Positions 11,701 through 25,795 of a DNA stretch of 64,000 nucleotides are shown here, in pieces. The DNA is from the human T2T-CHM13v2.0 reference genome, Homo sapiens: NCBI RefSeq assembly GCF_009914755.1, contig NC_060941.1, one strand, 5' to 3'. The notes below the pieces were generated by a model. It was not told the DNA's origin. It ran no database searches and saw nothing but the letters and a program-made list of their open reading frames with translations. The number at the start of each line of letters is the position of its first letter. Position 1 is the stretch's first letter. Position numbers and translations under genes: made by a program.

Positions 11701-14700
11701 GTTTCGAAACACACTATTTGTAGAATGTGCAAGTGGATATTTAGGCCTCTCTGAGGATTTCGTTGGAAACGGGATAAACCGCACAGAACTAAACAGAAGC
11801 ATTCTCAGAACCTTCTTCGTGATGTTTGCATTCAACTCACAGTGTTGAACCTTTCTTTGATAGTTCACGTTTGAAACGGTCTTTCTGTAGAAACTGCAAG
11901 TAGATATTTGGACCTCTCTGAGGATTTCGTTGGAAACGGGATAACCCGCACAGAACTAAAACAGAAGCATTCTCAGAACCCTCTTCGTGATGTTTGCATT
12001 CAACTCACAGTGCTGAACCTTTCTTTGATAGTTCAGCTTTGAAACACTCTTTTTGTAGAAACTGCAAGTGGATATTTGGTCCTCTCTGAGGATTTCGTTG
12101 GAAACGGGATAAACTGCACAGAACTAAACAGAAGCATTCTCAGAACCTTCTTCGTGATGTCTGCATTCAACTCACAGTGTGGAACCTTTCTTTGATAGTT
12201 CAGGTTTGAAACACTCTTTTTGTAGAAACTGCAAGGGGATAATTGCACTCTTTGAGGAGTACCGTAGTAAAGGAAATAACTTCCTATAAAAAGAAGACAG
12301 AAGCTTTCTCAGAAAATTCTTTGGGATGATTGAGTTGAACTCACAGAGCTGAGCATTCCTTGCGATGTAGCAGTTTAGAAACACACTTTCTGCAGAATCT
12401 GCAAGTGCATATTTGGACCTCTGTGAGGAATTCGTTGGAAACGGGATAATTTCAGCTGACTAAACAGAAGCAGTCTCAGAATCTTCTTTGTGATGTTTGC
12501 ATTCAAATCCCCGAGTTGAACTTTCCTTTCAAAGTTCACGTTTGAAACACTCTTTTTGCAGGATCTACAAGTGGATATTTGGACCACTCTGTGTCCTTCG
12601 TTCGAAACGGGTATATCTTCACATGACATCTAGACAGAAGCATCCTCAGAAGCTTCTCTGTGATGACTGCATTCAACTCACGGAGTTGAACACTCCTTTT
12701 GAGAGCACAGTTTTGAAACTCTCTTTCTGTGGCATCTGCAAGGGGACATGTAGACCTCTTTGAAGATTTCGTTGGAAACGGAATCATCTTCACATAAAAA
12801 CTATACAGATGCATTCTCAGGAACTTTTTGGTGATGTTTGTATTCAACTCCCAGAGTTGAACTTTCCTTTGGAAAGAGCAGCTATGAAACACTCTTTTTC
12901 TAGAATCTGCAAGTGGACGTTTGGAGGGCTTTGTGGTTTGTGGTGGAAAAGGAAATATCTTCACCTAAATACTAGATAGAAGCATTCTCAGAAACTGCTT
13001 TGTGATGATTGCATTCACCTCACAGAGTTGAACATTCCTATTGATAGAGCAGTTTGGAAACACTCTTGTTGTGGAATGTGCAAGTGGAGATTTGGAGCGC
13101 TTTGAGGCCTATGGTAGTAAAGGGAATAGCTTCATAGAAAAACTAGACAGAAGCATTCTCAGAAAATACTTTGTGATGATTGAGTTTAACTCACAGAGCT
13201 GAACATTCCTTTGGATGGAGCAGGTTTGAGACACACCTTTTGTAGAATCTACAAGTGGATATTTGGACCTCTCTGAGGATTTCGTTGGAAACGGGATAAC
13301 TGCACCTAACTAAACGGAAGCATTCTCAGAAACTTCTTGGTGATGTTTGCATTCAAATCCCAGAGTTGAACCTTCCTTTGATAGTTCAGGTTTGAAACAC
13401 TCTTTTTGTAGGATCTGCAAGTGGATATTTGGACCACTCTGTGGCCTTCGTTCGAAACGGGTATATCTTCGCATAAAATCTAGACAGAAGCCTTCTCAGA
13501 AACTTCTCTGTGATGATTGCATTCAACTCACAGAGTTGAACCCTCCTATGGATAGAGCAGTGTTGAAACTCTCTTTTTGTGGAATCTGCAAGTGGATATG
13601 TGGACCTCTCCGAAGATGTCTTTGGAAACGGGAATATCTTCACATAAAAACTAAACAGAAGCATTCTCAGAAACTTCTCTGTGATGTTTGTGTTCAACTC
13701 CCAGAGTTTCACATTGCTTTTCATAGAGTAGTTCTGAAACATGCTTTTCGTAGTGTCTACAAGTGGACATTTGGAGCGCTTTCAGGCCTGTGGTGGAAAA
13801 CGAATTATGGTCACATAAAAACTGGAGAGAAGCATTGTCAGAAACTTCTTTGTGATGATTGCATTCAACTCACAGAGTTGAAGGTTCCTTTTCAAAGAGC
13901 AGTTTCCAATCACTCTTTGTGTGGAATCTGCAAGTGGATATTTGGACCTATTTTGAAGATTTCGTTGGAAACGGGAGAATCTTCACAGGAAAGCTAAACA
14001 GAAGCATTCTCAGAAACTTCTTTGTGATGCTTGCATTCAACTCACAGAGTTGAACTTTCCTTTCGAGAGAGAAGCTTTGAAACACTCTTTTTCCAGAATC
14101 TGCAAGTGGACATTTGGAGGGCTTTGAGGCCTGTGGTGGAAAAGGAATTATCTTCCCGTAAAAGCTAGATAGAAGCATTCTCAGAAACTACTTTGTGATG
14201 ATTGCATTCAAGTCACAGAGTTGAACATTCCCTTTGACAGAGCAGTTTGGAAACTCTCTTTGTGTAGAATCTGCAAGTGGAGATATGGACCGCTTTGAGG
14301 CCTATGGTAGTAAAGGAAATAGCTTCATATAAAAGCTAGACAGTAGCATTCACAGAAAACTCTTGGTGACGACTGAGTTTAACTCACAGAGCTGAACATT
14401 CCTTTGGATGGAGCAGTTTCGAAACACACTATTTGTAGAATGTGCAAGTGGATATTTGGGCCTCTCTGAGGATTTCGTTGGAAACGGGATAAACCGCACA
14501 GAACTAAACAGAAGCATTCTCAGAACCTTCTTCGTGATGTTTGCATTCAACTCACAGTGTTGAACCTTTCTTTGATAGTTCAGGTTTGAAACGGTCTTTC
14601 TGTAGAAACTGCAAGTAGATATTTGGACCTCTCTGAGGATTTCGTTGGAAACGGGATAACCCGCACAGAACTAAAACAGAAGCATTCTCAGAACCCTCTT

Positions 14701-17700
14701 CGTGATGTTTGCATTCAACTCACAGTGCTGAACCTTTCTTTGATAGTTCAGCTTTGAAACACTCTTTTTGTAGAAACTGCAAGTGGATATTTGGTGCTCT
14801 CTGAGCATTTCGTTGGAAACGGGATAAACTGCACAGAACTAAACAGAAGCATTCTCAGAACCTTCTTCGTGATGTCTGCATTCAACTCACAGTGTGGAAC
14901 CTTTCTTTGATAGTTCAGGTTTGAAACACTCTTTTTGTAGAAACTGCAAGGGGATAATTGCACTCTTTGAGGAGTACCGTAGTAAAGGAAATAACTTCCT
15001 ATAAAAAGAAGACAGAAGCTTTCTCAGAAAATTCTTTGGGATGATTGAGTTGAACTCACAGAGCTGAGCATTCCTTGCGATGTAGCAGTTTAGAAACACA
15101 CTTTCTGCAGAATCTGCAAGTGCATATTTGGACCTCTGTGAGGAATTCGTTGGAAACGGGATAATTTCAGCTGACTAAACAGAAGCAGTCTCAGAATCTT
15201 CTTTGTGATGTTTGCATTCAAATCCCCGAGTTGAACTTTCCTTTCAAAGTTCACGTTTGAAACACTCTTTTTGCAGGATCTACAAGTGGATATTTGGACC
15301 ACTCTGTGTCCTTCGTTCGAAACGGGTATATCTTCACATGACATCTAGACAGAAGCATCCTCAGAAGCTTCTCTGTGATGACTGCATTCAACTCACGGAG
15401 TTGAACACTCCTTTTGAGAGCGCAGTTTTGAAACTCTCTTTCTGTGGCATCTGCAAGGGGACATGTAGACCTCTTTGAAGATTTCGTTGGAAACGGAATC
15501 ATCTTCACATAAAAACTATACAGATGCATTCTCAGGAACTTTTTGGTGATGTTTGTATTCAACTCCCAGAGTTGAACTTTCCTTTGGAAAGAGCAGCTAT
15601 GAAACACTGTTTTTCTAGAATCTGCAAGTGGACGTTTGGAGGGCTTTGTGGTTTGTGGTGGAAAAGGAAATATCTTCACCTAAATACTAGATAGAAGCAT
15701 TCTCAGAAACTGCTTTGTGATGATTGCATTCACCTCACAGAGTTGAACATTCCTATTGATAGAGCAGTTTGGAAACACTCTTGTTGTGGAATGTGCAAGT
15801 GGAGATTTGGAGCGCTTTGAGGCCTATGGTAGTAAAGGGAATAGCTTCATAGAAAAACTAGACAGAAGCATTCTCAGAAAATACTTTGTGATGATTGAGT
15901 TTAACTCACAGAGCTGAACATTCCTTTGGATGGAGCAGGTTTGAGACACACCTTTTGTAGAATCTACAAGTGGATATTTGGACCTCTCTGAGGATTTCGT
16001 TGGAAACGGGATAACTGCACCTAACTAAACGGAAGCATTCTCAGAAACTTCTTGGTGATGTTTGCATTCAAATCCCAGAGTTGAACCTTCCTTTGATAGT
16101 TCAGGTTTGAAACACTCTTTTTGTAGGATCTGCAAGTGGATATTTGGACCACTCTGTGGCCTTCGTTCGAAACGGGTATATCTTCGCATAAAATCTAGAC
16201 AGAAGCCTTCTCAGAAACTTCTCTGTGATGATTGCATTCAACTCACAGAGTTGAACCCTCCTATGGATAGAGCAGTGTTGAAACTCTCTTTTTGTGGAAT
16301 CTGCAAGTGGATATGTGGACCTCTCCGAAGATGTCTTTGGAAACGGGAATATCTTCACATAAAAACTAAACAGAAGCATTCTCAGAAACTTCTCTGTGAT
16401 GTTTGTGTTCAACTCCCAGAGTTTCACATTGCTTTTCATAGAGTAGTTCTGAAACATGCTTTTCGTAGTGTCTACAAGTGGACATTTGGAGCGCTTTCAG
16501 GCCTGTGGTGGAAAACGAATTATGGTCACATAAAAACTGGAGAGAAGCATTGTCAGAAACTTCTTTGTGATGATTGCATTCAACTCACAGAGTTGAAGGT
16601 TCCTTTTCAAAGAGCAGTTTCCAATCACTCTTTGTGTGGAATCTGCAAGTGGATATTTGGACCTATTTTGAAGATTTCGTTGGAAACGGGAGAATCTTCA
16701 CAGGAAAGCTAAACAGAAGCATTCTCAGAAACTTCTTTGTGATGCTTGCATTCAACTCACAGAGTTGAACTTTCCTTTCGAGAGAGAAGCTTTGAAACAC
16801 TCTTTTTCCAGAATCTGCAAGTGGACATTTGGAGGGCTTTGAGGCCTGTGGTGGAAAAGGAATTATCTTCCCGTAAAAGCTAGATAGAAGCATTCTCAGA
16901 AACTACTTTGTGATGATTGCATTCAAGTCACAGAGTTGAACATTCCCTTTGACAGAGCAGTTTGGAAACTCTCTTTGTGTAGAATCTGCAAGTGGAGATA
17001 TGGACCGCTTTGAGGCCTATGGTAGTAAAGGAAATAGCTTCATATAAAAGCTAGACAGTAGCATTCACAGAAAACTCTTGGTGACGACTGAGTTTAACTC
17101 ACAGAGCTGAACATTCCTTTGGATGGAGCAGTTTCGAAACACACTATTTGTAGAATGTGCAAGTGGATATTTGGGCCTCTCTGAGGATTTCGTTGGAAAC
17201 GGGATAAACCGCACAGAACTAAACAGAAGCATTCTCAGAACCTTCTTCGTGATGTTTGCATTCAACTCACAGTGTTGAACCTTTCTTTGATAGTTCAGGT
17301 TTGAAACGGTCTTTCTGTAGAAACTGCAAGTAGATATTTGGACCGCTCTGAGGATTTCGTTGGAAACGGGATAACCCGCACAGAACTAAAACAGAAGCAT
17401 TCTCAGAACCCTCTTCGTGATGTTTGCATTCAACTCACAGTGCTGAACCTTTCTTTGATAGTTCAGCTTTGAAACACTCTTTTTGTAGAAACTGCAAGTG
17501 GATATTTGGTCCTCTCTGAGGATTTCGTTGGAAACGGGATAAACTGCACAGAACTAAACAGAAGCATTCTCAGAACCTTCTTCGTGATGTCTGCATTCAA
17601 CTCACAGTGTGGAACCTTTCTTTGATAGTTCAGGTTTGAAACACTCTTTTTGTAGAAACTGCAAGGGGATAATTGCACTCTTTGAGGAGTACCGTAGTAA

Positions 17701-20700
17701 AGGAAATAACTTCCTATAAAAAGAAGACAGAAGCTTTCTCAGAAAATTCTTTGGGATGATTGAGTTGAACTCACAGAGCTGAGCATTCCTTGCGATGTAG
17801 CAGTTTAGAAACACACTTTCTGCAGAATCTGCAAGTGCATATTTGGACCTCTGTGAGGAATTCGTTGGAAACGGGATAATTTCAGCTGACTAAACAGAAG
17901 CAGTCTCAGAATCTTCTTTGTGATGTTTGCATTCAAATCCCCGAGTTGAACTTTCCTTTCAAAGTTCACGTTTGAAACACTCTTTTTGCAGGATCTACAA
18001 GTGGATATTTGGACCACTCTGTGTCCTTCGTTCGAAACGGGTATATCTTCACATGACATCTAGACAGAAGCATCCTCAGAAGCTTCTCTGTGATGACTGC
18101 ATTCAACTCACGGAGTTGAACACTCCTTTTGAGAGCGCAGTTTTGAAACTCTCTTTCTGTGGCATCTGCAAGGGGACATGTAGACCTCTTTGAAGATTTC
18201 GTTGGAAACGGAATCATCTTCACATAAAAACTATACAGATGCATTCTCAGGAACTTTTTGGTGATGTTTGTATTCAACTCCCAGAGTTGAACTTTCCTTT
18301 GGAAAGAGCAGCTATGAAACACTCTTTTTCTAGAATCTGCAAGTGGACGTTTGGAGGGCTTTGTGGTTTGTGGTGGAAAAGGAAATATCTTCACCTAAAT
18401 ACTAGATAGAAGCATTCTCAGAAACTGCTTTGTGATGATTGCATTCACCTCACAGAGTTGAACATTCCTATTGATAGAGCAGTTTGGAAACACTCTTGTT
18501 GTGGAATGTGCAAGTGGAGATTTGGAGCGCTTTGAGGCCTATGGTAGTAAAGGGAATAGCTTCATAGAAAAACTAGACAGAAGCATTCTCAGAAAATACT
18601 TTGTGATGATTGAGTTTAACTCACAGAGCTGAACATTCCTTTGGATGGAGCAGGTTTGAGACACACCTTTTGTAGAATCTACAAGTGGATATTTGGACCT
18701 CTCTGAGGATTTCGTTGGAAACGGGATAACTGCACCTAACTAAACGGAAGCATTCTCAGAAACTTCTTGGTGATGTTTGCATTCAAATCCCAGAGTTGAA
18801 CCTTCCTTTGATAGTTCAGGTTTGAAACACTCTTTTTGTAGGATCTGCAAGTGGATATTTGGACCACTCTGTGGCCTTCGTTCGAAACGGGTATATCTTC
18901 GCATAAAATCTAGACAGAAGCCTTCTCAGAAACTTCTCTGTGATGATTGCATTCAACTCACAGAGTTGAACCCTCCTATGGATAGAGCAGTGTTGAAACT
19001 CTCTTTTTGTGGAATCTGCAAGTGGATATGTGGACCTCTCCGAAGATGTCTTTGGAAACGGGAATATCTTCACATAAAAACTAAACAGAAGCATTCTCAG
19101 AAACTTCTCTGTGATGTTTGTGTTCAACTCCCAGAGTTTCACATTGCTTTTCATAGAGTAGTTCTGAAACATGCTTTTCGTAGTGTCTACAAGTGGACAT
19201 TTGGAGCGCTTTCAGGCCTGTGGTGGAAAACGAATTATGGTCACATAAAAACTGGAGAGAAGCATTGTCAGAAACTTCTTTGTGATGATTGCATTCAACT
19301 CACAGAGTTGAAGGTTCCTTTTCAAAGAGCAGTTTCCAATCACTCTTTGTGTGGAATCTGCAAGTGGATATTTGGACCTATTTTGAAGATTTCGTTGGAA
19401 ACGGGAGAATCTTCACAGGAAAGCTAAACAGAAGCATTCTCAGAAACTTCTTTGTGATGCTTGCATTCAACTCACAGAGTTGAACTTTCCTTTCGAGAGA
19501 GAAGCTTTGAAACACTCTTTTTCCAGAATCTGCAAGTGGACATTTGGAGGGCTTTGAGGCCTGTGGTGGAAAAGGAATTATCTTCCCGTAAAAGCTAGAT
19601 AGAAGCATTCTCAGAAACTACTTTGTGATGATTGCATTCAAGTCACAGAGTTGAACATTCCCTTTGACAGAGCAGTTTGGAAACTCTCTTTGTGTAGAAT
19701 CTGCAAGTGGAGATATGGACCGCTTTGAGGCCTATGGTAGTAAAGGAAATAGCTTCATATAAAAGCTAGACAGTAGCATTCACAGAAAACTCTTGGTGAC
19801 GACTGAGTTTAACTCACAGAGCTGAACATTCCTTTGGATGGAGCAGTTTCGAAACACACTATTTGTAGAATGTGCAAGTGGATATTTGGGCCTCTCTGAG
19901 GATTTCGTTGGAAATGGGATAAACCGCACAGAACTAAACAGAAGCATTCTCAGAACCTTCTTCGTGATGTTTGCATTCAACTCACAGTGTTGAACCTTTC
20001 TTTGATAGTTCAGGTTTGAAACGGTCTTTCTGTAGAAACTGCAAGTAGATATTTGGACCTCTCTGAGGATTTCGTTGGAAACGGGATAACCCGCACAGAA
20101 CTAAAACAGAAGCATTCTCAGAACCCTCTTCGTGATGTTTGCATTCAACTCACAGTGCTGAACCTTTCTTTGATAGTTCAGCTTTGAAACACTCTTTTTG
20201 TAGAAACTGCAAGTGGATATTTGGTCCTCTCTGAGGATTTCGTTGGAAACGGGATAAACTGCACAGAACTAAACAGAAGCATTCTCAGAACCTTCTTCGT
20301 GATGTCTGCATTCAACTCACAGTGTGGAACCTTTCTTTGATAGTTCAGGTTTGAAACACTCTTTTTGTAGAAACTGCAAGGGGATAATTGCACTCTTTGA
20401 GGAGTACCGTAGTAAAGGAAATAACTTCCTATAAAAAGAAGACAGAAGCTTTCTCAGAAAATTCTTTGGGATGATTGAGTTGAACTCACAGAGCTGAGCA
20501 TTCCTTGCGATGTAGCAGTTTAGAAACACACTTTCTGCAGAATCTGCAAGTGCATATTTGGACCTCTGTGAGGAATTCGTTGGAAACGGGATAATTTCAG
20601 CTGACTAAACAGAAGCAGTCTCAGAATCTTCTTTGTGATGTTTGCATTCAAATCCCCGAGTTGAACTTTCCTTTCAAAGTTCACGTTTGAAACACTCTTT

Positions 20701-23700
20701 TTGCAGGATCTACAAGTGGATATTTGGACCACTCTGTGTCCTTCGTTCGAAACGGGTATATCTTCACATGACATCTAGACAGAAGCATCCTCAGAAGCTT
20801 CTCTGTGATGACTGCATTCAACTCACGGAGTTGAACACTCCTTTTGAGAGCGCAGTTTTGAAACTCTCTTTCTGTGGCATCTGCAAGGGGACATGTAGAC
20901 CTCTTTGAAGATTTCGTTGGAAACGGAATCATCTTCACATAAAAACTATACAGATGCATTCTCAGGAACTTTTTGGTGATGTTTGTATTCAACTCCCAGA
21001 GTTGAACTTTCCTTTGGAAAGAGCAGCTATGAAACACTCTTTTTCTAGAATCTGCAAGTGGACGTTTGGAGGGCTTTGTGGTTTGTGGTGGAAAAGGAAA
21101 TATCTTCACCTAAATACTAGATAGAAACATTCTCAGAAACTGCTTTGTGATGATTGCATTCACCTCACAGAGTTGAACATTCCTATTGATAGAGCAGTTT
21201 GGAAACACTCTTGTTGTGGAATGTGCAAGTGGAGATTTGGAGCGCTTTGAGGCCTATGGTAGTAAAGGGAATAGCTTCATAGAAAAACTAGACAGAAGCA
21301 TTCTCAGAAAATACTTTGTGATGATTGAGTTTAACTCACAGAGCTGAACATTCCTTTGGATGGAGCAGGTTTGAGACACACCTTTTGTAGAATCTACAAG
21401 TGGATATTTGGACCTCTCTGAGGATTTCGTTGGAAACGGGATAACTGCACCTAACTAAACGGAAGCATTCTCAGAAACTTCTTGGTGATGTTTGCATTCA
21501 AATCCCAGAGTTGAACCTTCCTTTGATAGTTCAGGTTTGAAACACTCTTTTTGTAGGATCTGCAAGTGGATATTTGGACCACTCTGTGGCCTTCGTTCGA
21601 AACGGGTATATCTTCGCATAAAATCTAGACAGAAGCCTTCTCAGAAACTTCTCTGTGATGATTGCATTCAACTCACAGAGTTGAACCCTCCTATGGATAG
21701 AGCAGTGTTGAAACTCTCTTTTTGTGGAATCTGCAAGTGGATATGTGGACCTCTCCGAAGATGTCTTTGGAAACGGGAATATCTTCACATAAAAACTAAA
21801 CAGAAGCATTCTCAGAAACTTCTCTGTGATGTTTGTGTTCAACTCCCAGAGTTTCACATTGCTTTTCATAGAGTAGTTCTGAAACATGCTTTTCGTAGTG
21901 TCTACAAGTGGACATTTGGAGCGCTTTCAGGCCTGTGGTGGAAAACGAATTATGGTCACATAAAAACTGGAGAGAAGCATTGTCAGAAACTTCTTTGTGA
22001 TGATTGCATTCAACTCACAGAGTTGAAGGTTCCTTTTCAAAGAGCAGTTTCCAATCACTCTTTGTGTGGAATCTGCAAGTGGATATTTGGACCTATTTTG
22101 AAGATTTCGTTGGAAACGGGAGAATCTTCACAGGAAAGCTAAACAGAAGCATTCTCAGAAACTTCTTTGTGATGCTTGCATTCAACTCACAGAGTTGAAC
22201 TTTCCTTTCGAGAGAGAAGCTTTGAAACACTCTTTTTCCAGAATCTGCAAGTGGACATTTGGAGGGCTTTGAGGCCTGTGGTGGAAAAGGAATTATCTTC
22301 CCGTAAAAGCTAGATAGAAGCATTCTCAGAAACTACTTTGTGATGATTGCATTCAAGTCACAGAGTTGAACATTCCCTTTGACAGAGCAGTTTGGAAACT
22401 CTCTTTGTGTAGAATCTGCAAGTGGAGATATGGACCGCTTTGAGGCCTATGGTAGTAAAGGAAATAGCTTCATATAAAAGCTAGACAGTAGCATTCACAG
22501 AAAACTCTTGGTGACGACTGAGTTTAACTCACAGAGCTGAACATTCCTTTGGATGGAGCAGTTTCGAAACACACTATTTGTAGAATGTGCAAGTGGATAT
22601 TTAGGCCTCTCTGAGGATTTCGTTGGAAACGGGATAAACCGCACAGAACTAAACAGAAGCATTCTCAGAACCTTCTTCGTGATGTTTGCATTCAACTCAC
22701 AGTGTTGAACCTTTCTTTGATAGTTCAGGTTTGAAACGGTCTTTCTGTAGAAACTGCAAGTAGATATTTGGACCTCTCTGAGGATTTCGTTGGAAACGGG
22801 ATAACCCGCACAGAACTAAAACAGAAGCATTCTCAGAACCCTCTTCGTGATGTTTGCATTCAACTCACAGTGCTGAACCTTTCTTTGATAGTTCAGCTTT
22901 GAAACACTCTTTTTGTAGAAACTGCAAGTGGATATTTGGTCCTCTCTGAGGATTTCGTTGGAAACGGGATAAACTGCACAGAACTAAACAGAAGCATTCT
23001 CAGAACCTTCTTCGTGATGTCTGCATTCAACTCACAGTGTGGAACCTTTCTTTGATAGTTCAGGTTTGAAACACTCTTTTTGTAGAAACTGCAAGGGGAT
23101 AATTGCACTCTTTGAGGAGTACCGTAGTAAAGGAAATAACTTCCTATAAAAAGAAGACAGAAGCTTTCTCAGAAAATTCTTTGGGATGATTGAGTTGAAC
23201 TCACAGAGCTGAGCATTCCTTGCGATGTAGCAGTTTAGAAACACACTTTCTGCAGAATCTGCAAGTGCATATTTGGACCTCTGTGAGGAATTCGTTGGAA
23301 ACGGGATAATTTCAGCTGACTAAACAGAAGCAGTCTCAGAATCTTCTTTGTGATGTTTGCATTCAAATCCCCGAGTTGAACTTTCCTTTCAAAGTTCACG
23401 TTTGAAACACTCTTTTTGCAGGATCTACAAGTGGATATTTGGACCACTCTGTGTCCTTCGTTCGAAACGGGTATATCTTCACATGACATCTAGACAGAAG
23501 CATCCTCAGAAGCTTCTCTGTGATGACTGCATTCAACTCACGGAGTTGAACACTCCTTTTGAGAGCGCAGTTTTGAAACTCTCTTTCTGTGGCATCTGCA
23601 AGGGGACATGTAGACCTCTTTGAAGATTTCGTTGGAAACGGAATCATCTTCACATAAAAACTATACAGATGCATTCTCAGGAACTTTTTGGTGATGTTTG

Positions 23701-24435
23701 TATTCAACTCCCAGAGTTGAACTTTCCTTTGGAAAGAGCAGCTATGAAACACTGTTTTTCTAGAATCTGCAAGTGGACGTTTGGAGGGCTTTGTGGTTTG
23801 TGGTGGAAAAGGAAATATCTTCACCTAAATACTAGATAGAAGCATTCTCAGAAACTGCTTTGTGATGATTGCATTCACCTCACAGAGTTGAACATTCCTA
23901 TTGATAGAGCAGTTTGGAAACACTCTTGTTGTGGAATGTGCAAGTGGAGATTTGGAGCGCTTTGAGGCCTATGGTAGTAAAGGGAATAGCTTCATAGAAA
24001 AACTAGACAGAAGCATTCTCAGAAAATACTTTGTGATGATTGAGTTTAACTCACAGAGCTGAACATTCCTTTGGATGGAGCAGGTTTGAGACACACCTTT
24101 TGTAGAATCTACAAGTGGATATTTGGACCTCTCTGAGGATTTCGTTGGAAACGGGATAACTGCACCTAACTAAACGGAAGCATTCTCAGAAACTTCTTGG
24201 TGATGTTTGCATTCAAATCCCAGAGTTGAACCTTCCTTTGATAGTTCAGGTTTGAAACACTCTTTTTGTAGGATCTGCAAGTGGATATTTGGACCACTCT
24301 GTGGCCTTCGTTCGAAACGGGTATATCTTCGCATAAAATCTAGACAGAAGCCTTCTCAGAAACTTCTCTGTGATGATTGCATTCAACTCACAGAGTTGAA
24401 CCCTCCTATGGATAGAGCAGTGTTGAAACTCTCTT

Positions 24436-25795
24436 TTTGTGGAATCTGCAAGTGGATATGTGGACCTCTCCGAAGATGTCTTTGGAAACGGGAATATCTT
24501 CACATAAAAACTAAACAGAAGCATTCTCAGAAACTTCTCTGTGATGTTTGTGTTCAACTCCCAGAGTTTCACATTGCTTTTCATAGAGTAGTTCTGAAAC
24601 ATGCTTTTCGTAGTGTCTACAAGTGGACATTTGGAGCGCTTTCAGGCCTGTGGTGGAAAACGAATTATGGTCACATAAAAACTGGAGAGAAGCATTGTCA
24701 GAAACTTCTTTGTGATGATTGCATTCAACTCACAGAGTTGAAGGTTCCTTTTCAAAGAGCAGTTTCCAATCACTCTTTGTGTGGAATCTGCAAGTGGATA
24801 TTTGGACCTATTTTGAAGATTTCGTTGGAAACGGGAGAATCTTCACAGGAAAGCTAAACAGAAGCATTCTCAGAAACTTCTTTGTGATGCTTGCATTCAA
24901 CTCACAGAGTTGAACTTTCCTTTCGAGAGAGAAGCTTTGAAACACTCTTTTTCCAGAATCTGCAAGTGGACATTTGGAGGGCTTTGAGGCCTGTGGTGGA
25001 AAAGGAATTATCTTCCCGTAAAAGCTAGATAGAAGCATTCTCAGAAACTACTTTGTGATGATTGCATTCAAGTCACAGAGTTGAACATTCCCTTTGACAG
25101 AGCAGTTTGGAAACTCTCTTTGTGTAGAATCTGCAAGTGGAGATATGGACCGCTTTGAGGCCTATGGTAGTAAAGGAAATAGCTTCATATAAAAGCTAGA
25201 CAGTAGCATTCACAGAAAACTCTTGGTGACGACTGAGTTTAACTCACAGAGCTGAACATTCCTTTGGATGGAGCAGTTTCGAAACACACTATTTGTAGAA
25301 TGTGCAAGTGGATATTTAGGCCTCTCTGAGGATTTCGTTGGAAACGGGATAAACCGCACAGAACTAAACAGAAGCATTCTCAGAACCTTCTTCGTGATGT
25401 TTGCATTCAACTCACAGTGTTGAACCTTTCTTTGATAGTTCAGGTTTCAAACGGTCTTTCTGTAGAAACTGCAAGTAGATATTTGGACCTCTCTGAGGAT
25501 TTCGTTGGAAACGGGATAACTGCACCTAACTAAACGGAAGCATTCTCAGAAACTTCTTGGTGATGTTTGCATTCAAATCCCAGAGTTGAACCTTCCTTTG
25601 ATAGTTCAGGTTTGAAACACTCTTTTTGTAGGATCTGCAAGTGGATATTTGGACCACTCTGTGGCCTTCGTTCGAAACGGGTATATCTTCGCATAAAATC
25701 TAGACAGAAGCATTCTCAGAAACTTCTCTGTGATGATTGCATTCAACTCACAGAGTTGAACCCTCCTATGGATAGAGCAGTGTTGAAACTCTCTT
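24436..25795 (+). repeat. Truncated 8-monomer HOR variant (1360 bp; 1355 bp / 8 monomers missing)
   Basis: Landmark spacing drops to 1360 (ORF 24207 to 25567; 24719 to 26079). Sequence switches from the monomer-940 type (gcaagtagat) to the monomer-2294 type (ataactgcacctaactaaacggaag) within 25478-25520. The EcoRI site is missing: the sites at 23288 and 27363 are 4075 bp apart. Confidence 0.95.
25500..25516 (+). promoter_or_regulatory. Intact CENP-B box inside the chimeric junction monomer of the 8-mer variant
   Basis: TTTCGTTGGAAACGGGA lies within the 43-bp identity shared by the two parental monomers. Confidence 0.9.

Larger units (their letters stand above)
1..24435 (+). repeat. Nine consecutive full-length 16-mer HOR copies (phase starts 1, 2716, 5431, 8146, 10861, 13576, 16291, 19006, 21721)
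   Basis: Constant 2715-bp spacing of all landmarks. Only isolated substitutions were seen and there is no net indel. Confidence 0.95.
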
